NCBI RefSeq assembly: GCF_006345805.1
Contig: NC_042997.1
Coordinates: forward strand, 138,384,001 to 138,448,000
From: Octopus sinensis
Taxonomy: Eukaryota
Reading direction: 5' to 3'
Length of the DNA stretch: 64,000 bases
Shown in pieces: positions 62,407 to 64,000 of the stretch (positions are counted from its first letter, which is position 1; the number at the start of each line of letters is the position of its first letter). The notes below the pieces were generated by a model. It worked only from the letters and a program-made list of their open reading frames with translations. It ran no database searches and had not been told where the DNA came from. The translations under genes were made by a program, and so were the position numbers.

Positions 62407-63591
62407 GAGTTGTTTTCTTTATTTTTGTTGTTCTATAGTATATATTTCATCCAAGGCTTTTTTTTTTTTACTCATACATTATAAACTAATAATATATAAA
62501 ATTATGTGGAATCGTTGAGAAAATGTAATACCTATCGTAGCTGAATTGAAAGTATAGAGAAGCAAAATGGAGATGAGACATGAGAGAGAGAGAGAAAAAA
62601 ATGTGTACATGTTTCAATGAGCATTTATTGATGTCTAAATGAAGGTGTTCTGTCTATGTTCTTCAAAGGCAGAGAGCAAGCTGTTTGCCTACAAAATTCA
62701 AGCTTTATAACTCTTCAGTATACTGGCCAAGAAACAAAGGGAGAAGAGTTAGGAGCTGTTCCAGGAAATTTAGTTCTTTGCAATGAAGAACAAAGGCAAA
62801 ACATAACTTCTTGTGGGTAGGAGGACTCATTGAAAAGTGTTTTAGCAACACAGTCTTTGAGGTTTATTCACAGATTTTTGGAATTTGAAAAATAAAAGAT
62901 AAACATGGAAGACACTAATATAGGAAATATTTACTATTTCACCAATTATATTTTATTTTTATATTTAATTTTAATCATTTTTTAAAATTTATTCACATGT
63001 ATTAAGTCAATACTTGTTTAAAGTCCAAAAAATAAATTGTAGCCTAAGTTTGTACATTTTTTAAATATTTATTTTACTTTATTTTTTTATTTTTTGCTTT
63101 TTGGGGTGTGTAAAAGTAGTGGAGAAGGTTTGAAAGACTTGTCCAGATTAGGGTATTTTTGCAATAGTGGTCCAGCATTCCAACCAGTTGTCATGGTATT
63201 TTCACGGTTAAAAAAACCTTGAAAATATTCTGGAAAGAAGCACCCCTAAATGTTCCATTGGGTTATCAGAAGTCGAGATCTACCAAATGGTATAAACAGG
63301 GTATCTCCAACAAGAAACGAGGCACTAGCTTTACATGTCTCCAACATAGTCTCTCACAGCACCACAGTCACAGACAGTTGCAAGAAGGACCAGAGCTTAG
63401 AGAACATCAACCACACTTCAATGGCTTCCTCAGCTTTATAACGTCAATTTTTGATTAGTCAATTATATTTTTGAAAAAAAAAACAAAAATAATTACAAAG
63501 AAAAAAAAAACAGCAGCAACAGTGATGGTTGTGTTCTAGCATGTAGTTTTCTCAAATCTCCTCAGCTGAGAACGGAGTGGGGAGGTCTATA

Positions 63592-63999
63592 TCAAAGGTG
63601 TCTGTCAGGCTGGAAGCTGTAGACATTTGCCTCATTAGGCATTCGAGTACTGGGAGAAGAAACTAGAGAGTAATTTCCAAGTCGGTCAAATTTTTGGCCT
63701 TGTGGATTTTGACTGTCACTGGATAGCTTTGGCTGCAATGTTGATGAAGAGGGGTTCTTTGTGTGGGGTTTGGAACGTGAAGGATGACTGTGTCCTTCCA
63801 AATAGCTATAATGGTTAAGATTTGAATGTCCATTGGACTCCCTCAGGGTTTTCATAGAAGGAAGAGGAATTTTCTTGTTCACAGAGAGAGCGAGAAAGCT
63901 GCTGTTGGTTGTTGAGTGAGAATGATAAAAGGATGATGGACTCTCTCCATTGTATATGGTTATATTTGGTGGGGGGCAGAAAGCCTGACAGTCTATTTT
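63592..63999 (-). CDS. 3' end of the probable last coding exon of a convergent neighbouring gene; Ser/Pro/Asn/His-rich, unidentified
   Basis: The ORF-track frame 63592-63882 extends without a stop to the window edge (136 codons: KIDCQAFCPPPNITIYNGESPSSFYHSHSTTNSSFLALSVNKKIPLPSM...FQPDRHL*); higher GC, non-repetitive. Confidence 0.6.
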   Translation of the reverse strand, partial: KIDCQAFCPPPNITIYNGESPSSFYHSHSTTNSSFLALSVNKKIPLPSMKTLRESNGHSNLNHYSYLEGHSHPSRSKPHTKNPSSSTLQPKLSSDSQNPQGQKFDRLGNYSLVSSPSTRMPNEANVYSFQPDRHL

Positions 64000-64000
64000 A

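Noticed and set aside
63219-63458. Plus-strand ORFs downstream of NDRG as an alternative last exon
   Set aside because: No acceptor in the required phase 1; they probably lie in the neighbouring gene's 3' UTR.

Overview
AT-rich, microsatellite- and retroposon-dense eukaryotic DNA. The repeat landscape looks like Octopus/coleoid cephalopod, which is my inference from repeat families recognised by eye. About 55 kb of the window is one + strand gene, an NDRG-family (NDRG3/MESK2-like) pseudo-alpha/beta-hydrolase. I assembled ten GT-AG coding exons in frame (5604-60206, 287 full codons plus stop); the 5' exons lie upstream of the window. A stop-free frame open to the right edge (63592-63999, minus strand) is probably the last exon of a convergent neighbouring gene. 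The introns contain tRNA-derived SINEs, CR1-type LINE remnants, a TIR-complete but dead mariner, other Tc1/mariner remnants, piggyBac- and hAT-type MITEs, a Helitron Rep/helicase fragment, a non-autonomous Helitron and a Penelope-like element (PLE) remnant. Nearly all ORF-track entries are microsatellite or repeat noise. The most unusual signal is a recurring set of unrelated PLE-type termini carrying type-I hammerhead-like cores (CUGANGA...GAAAC-N0/4-GU-H). Several occur as inverted pairs or next to long hairpins, including a perfect 69-bp one, while the SINEs are almost all co-oriented with the host gene. Candidate microexons lie just before the C-terminal tail. There is no CRISPR, rRNA or intact tRNA gene. 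All calls were made by eye, without database searches.
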